Of a stretch of DNA of 39,313 bases, positions 26,781 through 35,338 are shown one piece after another. Source of the stretch: Candidatus Nanohalarchaeota archaeon (GTDB lineage: Archaea; Nanohalarchaeota; Nanosalinia; Nanosalinales; JAFCCC01); the NCBI GenBank assembly GCA_017610385.1, contig JAFCCC010000005.1, positions 1-39,313 on the forward strand, read 5' to 3'. Positions within the stretch are counted from its first letter, which is position 1, and each line of letters opens with the position of its first letter. A program made the translations under genes and the position numbers. Under the pieces are notes generated by a model. It was not told the origin of the DNA, did not search any database, and saw only the letters and a program-made list of their open reading frames with translations.

Positions 26781-27749
26781 TTGCACCAAATTGTAAAGGT
26801 GTTTCCTCTAGAAAATTATCTTGAAAATCTTGATCAAGAAATAAGAATATTTGGTGTAAATAAAATTCTAATGCAATTCCATAAAAAACATGGACAAGAA
26901 GTTATTGATAAATTACAAGAAACAATTCATATCTCGACATATTACAACTGGCTTTCTGGAAAAAGTCCAATACCTATAAAATTTATTAGAGCTTTCGCAA
27001 AATATGATCCAAACATATTAGCTAAATGTTATAACGAAATGACATATCTATCTGTATCAAGAAAAAAATGTATTTTACCAAAAAGTATGACTAGGAAACT
27101 TGCATATCTTATAGGCGTATTAAATGGAGACGGGCATATGCACAAAAATAGAAAATATTTTACAATAACAGTAGATTCTTTAGATTATATTCACAAAATA
27201 TTATTGCCTCATATTCGAAATCTTTTTGAATGTGATGGATACATTAATCACTTTGAAAATTACTATCGATTAGATATAGGTAGCAAAGTAATCCATTCTT
27301 TTTTGTCACTATTCTGTCCAGTAGGTAAAAAAACAGGGAAGTTATATGTACCAACCCTAATCAAAGAAAATAAAGAATTTTTGAAGGAATATTTGTGTGG
27401 TTTATTTGATACAGATGGATGTATTGGGTATGGTAAGAAAAAGAAAAATTTGTATTTCGTATTTGTCCAATCAGATAAAAAATTTGTCTTTGAGATCCAT
27501 CAGTGTTTGATTTCTTTAGGAGTTCATGTAAATCTTCCTAGAAAATTTATGTCTCCAGCAAAGCCCTATGCAAAAAGTAGACAATTAGAAGAATGGAGAA
27601 TTTATGTTGGATCTAAAAAAGATCTAAAAGATTTATTGAATATAATTCACTTTAAGCATCCGAACAAAATTAAAAAATCAAGAGAAGTTAAAGGAGAGTT
27701 AGATGGGTTCGGAGAGATTCGAACTCCCGACCTCTTGACCCAAAAGTAA
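26781..27749 (+). CDS. Free-standing two-motif LAGLIDADG homing endonuclease with N-terminal HTH-like region
   Basis: LAYLIGVLNGDG and EYLCGLFDTDG motifs; STYYNWLSGKSPIP HTH-like; no intein splicing motifs; start uncertain. Confidence 0.88.
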   Translation: MHQIVKVFPLENYLENLDQEIRIFGVNKILMQFHKKHGQEVIDKLQETIHISTYYNWLSGKSPIPIKFIRAFAKYDPNILAKCYNEMTYLSVSRKKCILPKSMTRKLAYLIGVLNGDGHMHKNRKYFTITVDSLDYIHKILLPHIRNLFECDGYINHFENYYRLDIGSKVIHSFLSLFCPVGKKTGKLYVPTLIKENKEFLKEYLCGLFDTDGCIGYGKKKKNLYFVFVQSDKKFVFEIHQCLISLGVHVNLPRKFMSPAKPYAKSRQLEEWRIYVGSKKDLKDLLNIIHFKHPNKIKKSREVKGELDGFGEIRTPDLLTQK

Positions 27750-27808
27750 CAGATCACTTTTGGTTCGCCACGTCAAGGCGACGTCATAACCGACTAGACC
27801 ACGAACCC
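27704..27808 (-). tRNA. tRNA-Val(GAC) with 31-nt intron at non-canonical position 43/44 (intron 27734..27764); CCA not encoded
   Basis: GGGTTCG/CGAACCC acceptor, TCGCC-TTGACGT-GGCGA anticodon arm, GTTCGAAT; BHB-like TGGC/GTCA helix with GAA and AGA bulges and a 10-bp intron hairpin. Confidence 0.92.
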
Positions 27809-27901
27809 AAATTGGCTCTCACTGTATTTCATTTTCTAATTAGGTTTTTATATTTAAGTGAGCTATTATTAGATCCCAGACACATACCGCATATGTTAGA
27901 A

Positions 27902-27950
27902 AAAATTTGAAGGATCAGATAAAGCAGAATCTCTCACCCTCTTCTTAATC
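27902..27950 (+). repeat. Inverted copy of the phosphatase gene 3' end (gene remnant)
   Basis: 45/49 identical to the reverse complement of 18326..18374; reads NLKDQIKQNLSPSS* versus NLKDQIRQNLTSTS*. Confidence 0.8.
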
Positions 27951-28146
27951 TGTCCAGTTCACCACACCTCCAGCTAGAAATCTTGTTTTCAGAGGGTTTT
28001 AGGTTATTGTATTGCGTTTTTGGGGTGTAAGAAATAAAGACGACATAGAGATTAACCTTTACCGCCTATTTTAACGCAAAAGTTTAAACAAGTAACGTAA
28101 TAGGAATATAAAAACATTTTTAATAATTCATCTCAAATTTAAAGTG

Positions 28147-28837
28147 ATGACAATAAAACTTTCTCCTTCTGACTTACATTTATTTCTTGAGTGTCCCGAT
28201 GCTTTTAATTGGCAAAGGTCAAAGGGATTAAAAGACCTTCTGAAACATCTCCGTCTTCTGGACTTGACAAAATGATAAAAGAACATTTTGAGGGATTTCT
28301 AGCATTAAATACGTTGCCACCAGAATTGAAAGAAGAAAAGGAAATCAAAAAATGTCATTTATTTTCTAATGAGTTTATTGATAAAAGCGAATCAAACACC
28401 CGTAGTAATGATTTCAATCTATTCAAGATGTTAACTTCAGAATGATTCAAACTCGTGATAAAAAATCTGGAGTCATTTTGGCAAACACAGTTGATGCTCT
28501 TTTAGTTGACGACAAGCACTTAGTAGCATTAAACCACAAAACAAGAGGATATCCCTTAAACAAAGATAAATATGCGCCTTACAGTTTAGAGATGGATTTA
28601 TGTAATTTCATTTTAAAAGAAAATGGGTATAATACCTCGGAATATGCCTTTCTTTTCTTTTATTATCCTGAAAAAGTCGATGAGAAAGGATATATTGTTT
28701 TTAATACAAAATTAATCGAAACCGATCCTGCACGAGGAGAAAAGGTTTTCAAGGATGCGATTAAGGTTTTGCAGATTGAAACTGCGCCAGAACCTTCGAA
28801 AGATTGTGAATTTTGTAAGTGGAGGAATAGTATCTAA
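28147..28837 (+). pseudogene. Degraded Cas4-like/PD-(D/E)XK nuclease (non-CRISPR)
   Basis: MTIKLSPSDLHLFLECP(frameshift)CF*LAKVKGIKRP; further break near 28445; C-terminal PEPSKDCEFC; catalytic D-x-K region degenerate (NHKT). Confidence 0.75.
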
Positions 28838-28853
28838 TCATCTAATTTTGTAT

Positions 28854-28866
28854 AGGGGTTCAATTA
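28854..28866. repeat. 13-bp repeat AGGGGTTCAATTA copy 2
   Basis: Identical to 7389..7401. Confidence 0.5.
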
Positions 28867-28913
28867 AAGCACGCAGGTTTGAATAGGTTCTCCATAAGAT
28901 ATTCCAAACTTTC

Positions 28914-29684
28914 CTAAATACTGAACCCCTTTATGAATTTCATCATATCCCCAAACTCTCGTTTAGGAATCTCCTCTAATTTTAAAACTTGTGATATAAT
29001 GCATCTAGTAGAGAACATAAAGGCTGTTTGAAGTTCACAAATCTGTTTTTGAGGCTCTAAAATTCCGTCTACCCCTTCTTTCCCCCAAAAAATATTTTTA
29101 GCAAATATTTCTTGATCATATTCTATGCCTGGTCCAAACTCAAATTCTTCTAGATTTATTGAATGTATGGGTGGTTTTCGTTCTTTTTCCCAGTCTTTTA
29201 CATCTTTAATCCATTGAACTACTTTTTCAATGTCTTTGCCTTTTTGATAATGAAATATCAAATTTCTTACAGGAATTAAGGTATTCTTTAATATCCCTGA
29301 ATTATTATCATAATCTTGAGCGGCAACAATTAAAGGATTAATGCTTTCTATTTCTAATGTTGTTAACCTTTTTTCAATTTTTTTGAAAAACTCAGTTTTA
29401 ATGAAGTTTCCAAAAAGAAATAATGCTTCTCTTAGCTGCGACGCCGCAAGATTAAAAATCCAAGTAATTGTGGGATCATTGTCCGCCCAAAAAATTATTT
29501 CTGAGTCTTCCTTCAGATTTTTCGGACGCATTTTCAAAAGAAGATTACAAATTAGTTTAATATGATTTGCGGCACGCATTAATTCTATAAGATATGCTAA
29601 ATCCGCGTTTTTAGTTTTTTTGAACTCTGAAAATAAAAAATGATACTGTTTTTTGTATTTGCTTTGGAAATCTTCGTAATCCAT
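28914..29684 (-). CDS. Hypothetical all-helical protein, possible HEPN (AbiU2-like) RNase
   Basis: VRNLIFHY = Rx4H motif in helical context. Confidence 0.5.
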   Translation of the reverse strand: MDYEDFQSKYKKQYHFLFSEFKKTKNADLAYLIELMRAANHIKLICNLLLKMRPKNLKEDSEIIFWADNDPTITWIFNLAASQLREALFLFGNFIKTEFFKKIEKRLTTLEIESINPLIVAAQDYDNNSGILKNTLIPVRNLIFHYQKGKDIEKVVQWIKDVKDWEKERKPPIHSINLEEFEFGPGIEYDQEIFAKNIFWGKEGVDGILEPQKQICELQTAFMFSTRCIISQVLKLEEIPKREFGDMMKFIKGFSI

Positions 29685-29717
29685 ATTTTTAAATTATTTT
29701 AAAATATTATTAACTTA

Positions 29718-30161
29718 ATGAGTGAAGCGTCATTGGGGACCCATGAACTAGCATTTGCTTTTTCTGGGATATATTTGGGATTGCTACTGAGATTTCTATT
29801 GATAGATCTTTTAACTTCCTTTTCAACAATTCCTTTTTTACTTCTAATCATGATATTTGTCTTGATTTCGACCATAGTCTTAAAAAAAGGTTCACTAGGC
29901 ACCTATCGAATTATTTATTTCGTTTTTCGGTCAATTTGTTTTGGAGATAGAAAAAGAATACGCAAATATCCTTTAACAGAATACGACTTTAATATCCTTG
30001 TACCTAGCGTTACCACATCTTTAATTGTAGCAGATTTATTTTCTTATTTTAGATCACTTGTTAAAGACAATTTATTGGTTCTTTTGTTGACTCTGATAAC
30101 TTCTTTTGTTGTATTTTGGGCTTCTTATAAAATTTCACACAAAGGATTGCCTTTAATTTGA
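29718..30161 (+). CDS. Four-TM membrane protein
   Basis: Four hydrophobic segments in 147 aa. Confidence 0.6.
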   Translation: MSEASLGTHELAFAFSGIYLGLLLRFLLIDLLTSFSTIPFLLLIMIFVLISTIVLKKGSLGTYRIIYFVFRSICFGDRKRIRKYPLTEYDFNILVPSVTTSLIVADLFSYFRSLVKDNLLVLLLTLITSFVVFWASYKISHKGLPLI

Positions 30162-30280
30162 TCATTTCTCGGACCCAAATACAAATGCATACGAATCTCT
30201 CCAGATCCATTTATTTTTTGTAAAATCAAAAAGAGAACATAAATTTAAAAAGTATTGTGTGAATGTTAATTTGAGACAAA

Positions 30281-30757
30281 ATGTATACACAAGCGCCGAT
30301 TATACTTCCAGAACCATATGAAATTTTAAATTGGATACTAGGCTATACTAGAACAGCCGCCGGTGTAACCTATGACGCAATTGAATCTTATTTTGTGGGT
30401 TCAAATCCTACTGACAAAGACACAGAGGTATTAAAATCACTTATTGAACCATTGCGTAATCGTTCTAGAGTGGTTATAGCAATGAAACCAGTTTATAGGT
30501 CAGTAACGGACTGGGATTATCCTGAAAATCTTACTACCAACCAAAAACAAGTCTTGGATTATGTTAGACATTTAACAGAAGAGGTTGGAGGATCTTGTGT
30601 AGGTCAAGAAATTATACCTTTTTACGTCAAAGGAAGAGAAGAATCTCAAAGAGCATTGGACGAACTTGTAGAATTGGGCGCCCTTTCAAGAACTAAAGAA
30701 GAAACTTGGAAAATATTTGATCCGCTCGTAGATAAACGCGGAGAGATTTCAGGATAG
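30281..30757 (+). CDS. Hypothetical protein (possible C-terminal wHTH)
   Basis: 158-aa ORF; LTTNQKQVLDYV...RALDELVELGAL pattern. Confidence 0.6.
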   Translation: MYTQAPIILPEPYEILNWILGYTRTAAGVTYDAIESYFVGSNPTDKDTEVLKSLIEPLRNRSRVVIAMKPVYRSVTDWDYPENLTTNQKQVLDYVRHLTEEVGGSCVGQEIIPFYVKGREESQRALDELVELGALSRTKEETWKIFDPLVDKRGEISG

Positions 30758-30869
30758 ACGCGTTACGTGGGGGGTTTTTGCATGTTTAAATATATAAAAT
30801 ATACTATAAACTTGCATGAAAATATACAACAGATATAAAATTTAAATATTTCCTACGTTCTAATAATTT

Positions 30870-31064
30870 CATACTTTTTGAAGTGAGTTATAAAGTAACT
30901 CGCTCCGGTGCTAACTGACGTCAGCTAACCAATAGATTTAAATATAACCTAAATCTTTAGCTTCTAATAACAATTATAGTACTAAATAAGAAAGGGCACT
31001 TTTACACCGTAAAGGAATAATTCGCTTTTTCTACGAAAGTGCTTATTAGTTAAAGGTAAATAAA
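30870..31064 (+). promoter_or_regulatory. Putative long structured 5' leader of the DEAD-box helicase gene
   Basis: TTTAAATA at 30841; stems 30882-90/30896-904, 30934-40/30950-56, 30964-70/31043-49, 30996-31002/31036-42. Confidence 0.45.
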
Positions 31065-32506
31065 ATGAATGAATTTGAAAAATTAGGGCTTAAGCCAGTC
31101 ATATTGCGAGCAATAACTCAGTTGGGTTTTACAGAACCAACAGAAATACAACAAAAAACTATTCCGTATATCTTAAAAGGAAAAGACGTAATAGGTCAAT
31201 CAGCAACAGGGTCTGGAAAAACATTAGCTTTTGGTTGCGGAATTTTAGAACAAGTTATCCCGGGAAAGGATTACAAGCATTAGTTCTTACTCCAACAAGA
31301 GAATTAGCTCAACAAGTCAAACGTAATTTAGATGAGATGGCACAACTGCATCCATTAAGAATTACATTAGTGTATGGTGGTGTTTCATTAAATCCACAAA
31401 CAAGAGAATTGCAAAAATCAGAAGTAGTTGTCGCTACTCCTGGAAGATTATTAGATCATCTAAATAGAGGAAATGTTAAACTAGATAAAATAGATTTTTT
31501 AGTTTTAGATGAAGCTGACCGAATGTTAGATATGGGATTTATAATTGATGTTGAAAAAATTATTCGAAGATGTGTACAAAAAAGACAAACTTTATTCTTT
31601 TCAGCAACAATGCCTACCAGAATCAAGGAATTAGCTAAAAAATACATGAAAAATCCATTAAATATTTCAGCAAAGAAATTTGTAGATCACAGCAAATTAA
31701 AACAAGTTTATTATAATGTTCAAAGAGATATCAAATCTTCTTTATTATCATATTTGCTTGAAAAAGAAGAATCAGAATTAGCAATGGTCTTCTGCAACAC
31801 CAGAAGAACTGTTGATTACGTTGTAAGAAGATTAAGATCTGCTGATGTAAATGCGATTGGTATCCATGGAGGTCTTTCTCAATACGCCAGAGATAAAACA
31901 TTAACAAGCTTTAAAAAATCAAAAAGGGGTGTTTTAATCTGCACAGATGTTGCTGCACGAGGATTAGACATAAATTACGTATCTCACATTTATAATTATG
32001 ACTTACCACAAGATCCAACAGATTATGTACATAGAATTGGAAGAACTGCGCGAGCAGGAGAAAAAGGTAAAGTAATTAATTTGCTTTGTGAAAGAGATCA
32101 TGAGAATTTTAGGAAAATTCTAAAAGATTACTCTCAATTCAAAATTCAAAAGGAAGATACACCATATGTTAAGAAAATTAAAGTGGAACATAGATCAGAA
32201 GGAGATGGAGGCAACACACGGAGAAAAGCCTATTCTAAATCAAGAAGAAATTCAGATTCTAAATATTCATCAAAGAGAAGTACGGGGTCTAAATATTCAT
32301 CAAGGAGCAGTTCCAGCTCTACATCTTACTCGAGAAATAGTTCTGACTCAAAATATCCTCATAAAAAAAGTTCAAGCGCTAAATATTCCTCAAGAAATAG
32401 TTCAGGTGATACATCTTCTTCGAAAAACAGTGCTGACTCAAAATATCCACATAAAAAAAGTTCAAGTTCTAACTACCAAAAAAGAAGGTTTGAACATAAA
32501 AAGTAA
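31065..32506 (+). CDS. DEAD-box RNA helicase split by a -1 frameshift at ~31262-31268
   Basis: Q motif and SATGSGKT in ORF 31065..31283; PTRELA, TPGRLLD, DEAD, SAT, ARGLD, HRIGRTAR in ORF 31235..32506. Confidence 0.92.
32255..32470 (+). repeat. Coding degenerate tandem repeats (30-bp sub-period, 90-bp duplication) in the Ser/Lys-rich helicase tail
   Basis: SKYSS and SKYPHKKSSS recur; GACTCAAAATATCCWCATAAAAAAAGTTCAAG at ~32345 and ~32435. Confidence 0.75.
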
Positions 32507-32518
32507 ATTTTTATAAAA

Positions 32519-33127
32519 ATGTCAGTTAAATTATATAAAATGAAATTCGACAAAAGATTAATCGGATTTGGAGCAATTGCAATTGTTGTGATTATGGTAG
32601 TAGTGATTTTTATGACAGATTCAAATATTAATTCAAATTCAGGCCCAACAAAGGTCAAATTAGAAACAACAAAGGGAGATATAATAATCGAACTTTCTGA
32701 GAATATGCCCATCACCACAGGGAATTTTGAAAAATTAGTTAAACAAGGGTTCTATAACGGAATCATTTTCCATAGAGTCATTCCAAACTTTATGATTCAG
32801 GGTGGAGATCCAACAGGAACCGGAACAGGTGGTCCAGGATACACAATAAAGGATGAATTTGTAGAAGGAAGTTCAAATTTAAGAGGAACTATTTCAATGG
32901 CAAATACAGGTCAACCAAACTCAGGAGGAAGCCAGTTCTTTATTAATTTAGTTAACAATACCAATTTAGATTGGGATAAACCGCCAGTACAGAGCAAACA
33001 CCCAGCTTTCGGAAAAGTAACTGAAGGAATGGATGTGGTTGATGCAATTGGTAAAAGTAAAACCAACGCAATGGATAGACCTGTTGAAGAAGTCAAAATT
33101 ATTAAAGCCAAAGTAATTCAACAGTAG
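32519..33127 (+). CDS. Cyclophilin-type peptidyl-prolyl isomerase with N-terminal membrane anchor
   Basis: FHRVIPNFMIQGGDPTGTGTGGPGY, SMAN, GSQFFI, HPAFGKV. Confidence 0.95.
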   Translation: MSVKLYKMKFDKRLIGFGAIAIVVIMVVVIFMTDSNINSNSGPTKVKLETTKGDIIIELSENMPITTGNFEKLVKQGFYNGIIFHRVIPNFMIQGGDPTGTGTGGPGYTIKDEFVEGSSNLRGTISMANTGQPNSGGSQFFINLVNNTNLDWDKPPVQSKHPAFGKVTEGMDVVDAIGKSKTNAMDRPVEEVKIIKAKVIQQ

Positions 33128-33200
33128 AACTAATTTAACTTAAACAGAACTAATTTAACTTAAACAGAAGTAACCTAAACAGAACTAATTTAATTTAATT
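33126..33200. repeat. 20-bp tandem repeat AGAACTAATTTAACTTAAAC (2 perfect + 2 degenerate units)
   Basis: Units at 33126, 33146, 33166 (15 nt) and 33181, between convergent genes. Confidence 0.85.
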
Positions 33201-33210
33201 AAGCCTTTGT

Positions 33211-33537
33211 TTATTGTTTTGGTTCAATAACTGATTTTTTAGTTCCAATATGAACTCCTTTTTCCGTACGTGCAATTAATCTTGCACCAATTAATCCAAT
33301 GGATGCAAAGACTACTGCAACTCCAAACAAAACATAAAAGGAAGTAAATAACCTAGAAAGATTGGTTGTAGGAGCTAAGTCGCCTAATCCAACAGTAGTT
33401 AGTGTTGTAACAGAAAAGTAAAACGCTTGAATCCAATCCCAATTCTCAATTCGTTGATAAACAATGGTTCCCATACTAATCCAAATGAACAAACTTAAAA
33501 TTGCTGCGCTAATATGAGATTTTAATTTAAAATCCAT
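33211..33537 (-). CDS. Minimal two-TM potassium channel pore protein
   Basis: AFYFSVTTLTTVGLGDLAP pore helix and filter. Confidence 0.9.
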   Translation of the reverse strand: MDFKLKSHISAAILSLFIWISMGTIVYQRIENWDWIQAFYFSVTTLTTVGLGDLAPTTNLSRLFTSFYVLFGVAVVFASIGLIGARLIARTEKGVHIGTKKSVIEPKQ

Positions 33538-33578
33538 AATAAAGTATTGATTAGGTTACAATATAAAATAAACTAAAA

Positions 33579-33836
33579 CTAAGCTCGACTTTCTGTATAA
33601 TATCCAATTCCACAAGCATAAAAGTTCAAAATAGAATGACTAATTGTAATTAAAATCAAATTTGGAAATAAAAAGTAAATTGAAGCAAAGCCTGTTCCTG
33701 CCAGGAAAATCATTAAAAACCCTAAAAAATCAATTTTATAGAGAATTAGGTTATGCAAGTAAATCTTATTTAATACTCCAAAATTTCCATTCATGTGGTT
33801 TATCAGGACCCCAAATTCGCATATGCAAAAAATCAT
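33579..33836 (-). pseudogene. Possible 3' remnant of a CPBP/CAAX intramembrane protease
   Basis: IFLAGTGFASIYF...LILITISHSILNF (HxxxN); no credible N-terminal half, and it overlaps the upstream gene. Confidence 0.4.
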
Positions 33837-34050
33837 CTAAATCACTAATAAAATGACCAAATCCAATTGAAAAAAGAATTACACATACGGACAAATTCGT
33901 CCAAAAAACTCCAAGAACCATTAAAATCAGTCCATAAATCCAATGATGAGGAGCATTCAAATGACCTCCGTATTTATCACCAATTCTACCCATCGCGAAG
34001 GCAATAAACCCAGAAAAGATACTAATTAAACCCAAAATCCAAAAATTCAT
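33766..34050 (-). CDS. Small membrane protein
   Basis: Three hydrophobic segments, PHHWIYG and GHFISDLDD motifs. Confidence 0.7.
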   Translation of the reverse strand: MNFWILGLISIFSGFIAFAMGRIGDKYGGHLNAPHHWIYGLILMVLGVFWTNLSVCVILFSIGFGHFISDLDDFLHMRIWGPDKPHEWKFWSIK

Positions 34051-34115
34051 AATAAAAAGATATTCGTTTGAAATGTCTTATATATTTTTTAGTTCTTATA
34101 TCTCATTTAATAGAA

Positions 34116-34877
34116 ATGAAAAATTTAATTGATACTCATGCGCATCTTAGTTTTGAACAATATGACGAAGATAGAGAAAAAGTTATTGAGGAGTGTAAAA
34201 AGAAATTAAAGGCAGTAATAACTTCTGGAACAAAATTCGACACAAATGAAGATTCAATAAAATTAGCGAAAAAATACAAGAATTTTATTTACTCAACAAT
34301 GGGTTTACATCCATCTTATGTAAAAGAAATGTCTCAGGCAGATGTTGATAAAATAAAAAATCAAATCAGAAAAAATAAAGATAAAATCGTAGGAATTGGA
34401 GAAATAGGATTAGATTATTTTCATACAAAAGATGTTGAAACAAGATTAAAACAAAAAGATATTTTCAAACAACTTCTTGATTTAGCTGAAGAGTTAGATC
34501 TGCCTGTTGTTTTGCATACGCGAGATGCAGACAAACACGCCCTTCGAATATTAGAATCAAGAAATGTTCGAGGCACAATGCACTGTTTTAATGGAAATAT
34601 AGAATTATTAAACAAAGCTCAAAGAATAGGATTTTTTATATCAGTTTCAACTCAAGTTGCTTATTCTAAACGAGTTCAAGAAATTGCAAAGTATGTTGAT
34701 GTAAATAGAATTCTTTTGGAAACAGATTCTCCATATTTGGGTGGTGGAGAAAAAAACTATCCGTGGAATATTCATAATTCATTATATAAAATTGCAGAAA
34801 TAAAAGAAATACAACCAGAAAAATTAGCTGATATTATTTTTAATAACACTAAAAAAATATTTCCGGTAATAAGGTGA
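34116..34877 (+). CDS. tatD: TatD-family nuclease/hydrolase
   Basis: IDTHAH, GLHP, GEIGLDY, LHTR, HCF, LETDSPY; ATG at 34116 preferred over TTG at 34068. Confidence 0.95.
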   Translation: MKNLIDTHAHLSFEQYDEDREKVIEECKKKLKAVITSGTKFDTNEDSIKLAKKYKNFIYSTMGLHPSYVKEMSQADVDKIKNQIRKNKDKIVGIGEIGLDYFHTKDVETRLKQKDIFKQLLDLAEELDLPVVLHTRDADKHALRILESRNVRGTMHCFNGNIELLNKAQRIGFFISVSTQVAYSKRVQEIAKYVDVNRILLETDSPYLGGGEKNYPWNIHNSLYKIAEIKEIQPEKLADIIFNNTKKIFPVIR

Positions 34878-35338
34878 TCACGATTTTTAAGAAAAAACCT
34901 AAAACTTCTGAAAAAAATTTGGCTGTTTTTATTGATGGACCAAATATTATCAGAAAAGAATTTGAAGTGAATCTAGACAAATTAAGAGAAGACATTAAAA
35001 AAAGAGGAAAGATTAAAGTTGGAAAAGTCTTTTTGAATCAATACGCATCTAACAAATTAATAGAGGCAGTAATTAGTCAGGGTTTTGAACCGTCTTTTGG
35101 TTTAGGGGAAAAAGACGCAGAAAGTGATGTAGACGTATATATGGCAGTTAATGTCATGGACGCAATTCAAAATCCACACATCAACACAATCGTTTTAGTT
35201 ACACGAGATGCAGATTTTTTACCAGTTGTTCAAAGAGCTAAAAAAGTCGGCAAAGAAGTCATAATTTATGGAACAGAACCTGGATTCGCAACCGCACTAA
35301 AAAACGCGGCAGATGAGGCCGTAGTTATTAATGGTTAG
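34874..35338 (+). CDS. NYN-domain (LabA/DUF88, TIGR00288-like) protein
   Basis: FIDGPN, DVDVYMA, VTRDADF, LKNAADE; GTGA overlap with tatD. Confidence 0.9.
   Translation: MITIFKKKPKTSEKNLAVFIDGPNIIRKEFEVNLDKLREDIKKRGKIKVGKVFLNQYASNKLIEAVISQGFEPSFGLGEKDAESDVDVYMAVNVMDAIQNPHINTIVLVTRDADFLPVVQRAKKVGKEVIIYGTEPGFATALKNAADEAVVING

Noticed and set aside
24440-27733. 22-bp exact repeat GAGAGATTCGAACTCCCGACCT (24440..24461, 27712..27733) as att sites of an element
   Set aside because: Both copies are T-arms of complete, different tRNAs, and the interval contains core-like thiI; ordinary tRNA conservation explains it
26781-27749. Intein- or intron-encoded endonuclease
   Set aside because: No Hint motifs (N-terminal Cys/Ser block, C-terminal HN) and no flanking host exons; the ORF is outside the small tRNA intron except for its last codons
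28147-28837. cas4 as evidence of CRISPR-Cas
   Set aside because: Solo and degraded, with no cas1/cas2 or array in the window
33126-33200. Possible mini CRISPR array
   Set aside because: Units are head-to-tail with no unique spacers, and there is no cas operon
33340-33420. TVGLGD instead of TVGYGD channel filter as a novelty
   Set aside because: GLG/GFG filter variants are already known in K+ channel families
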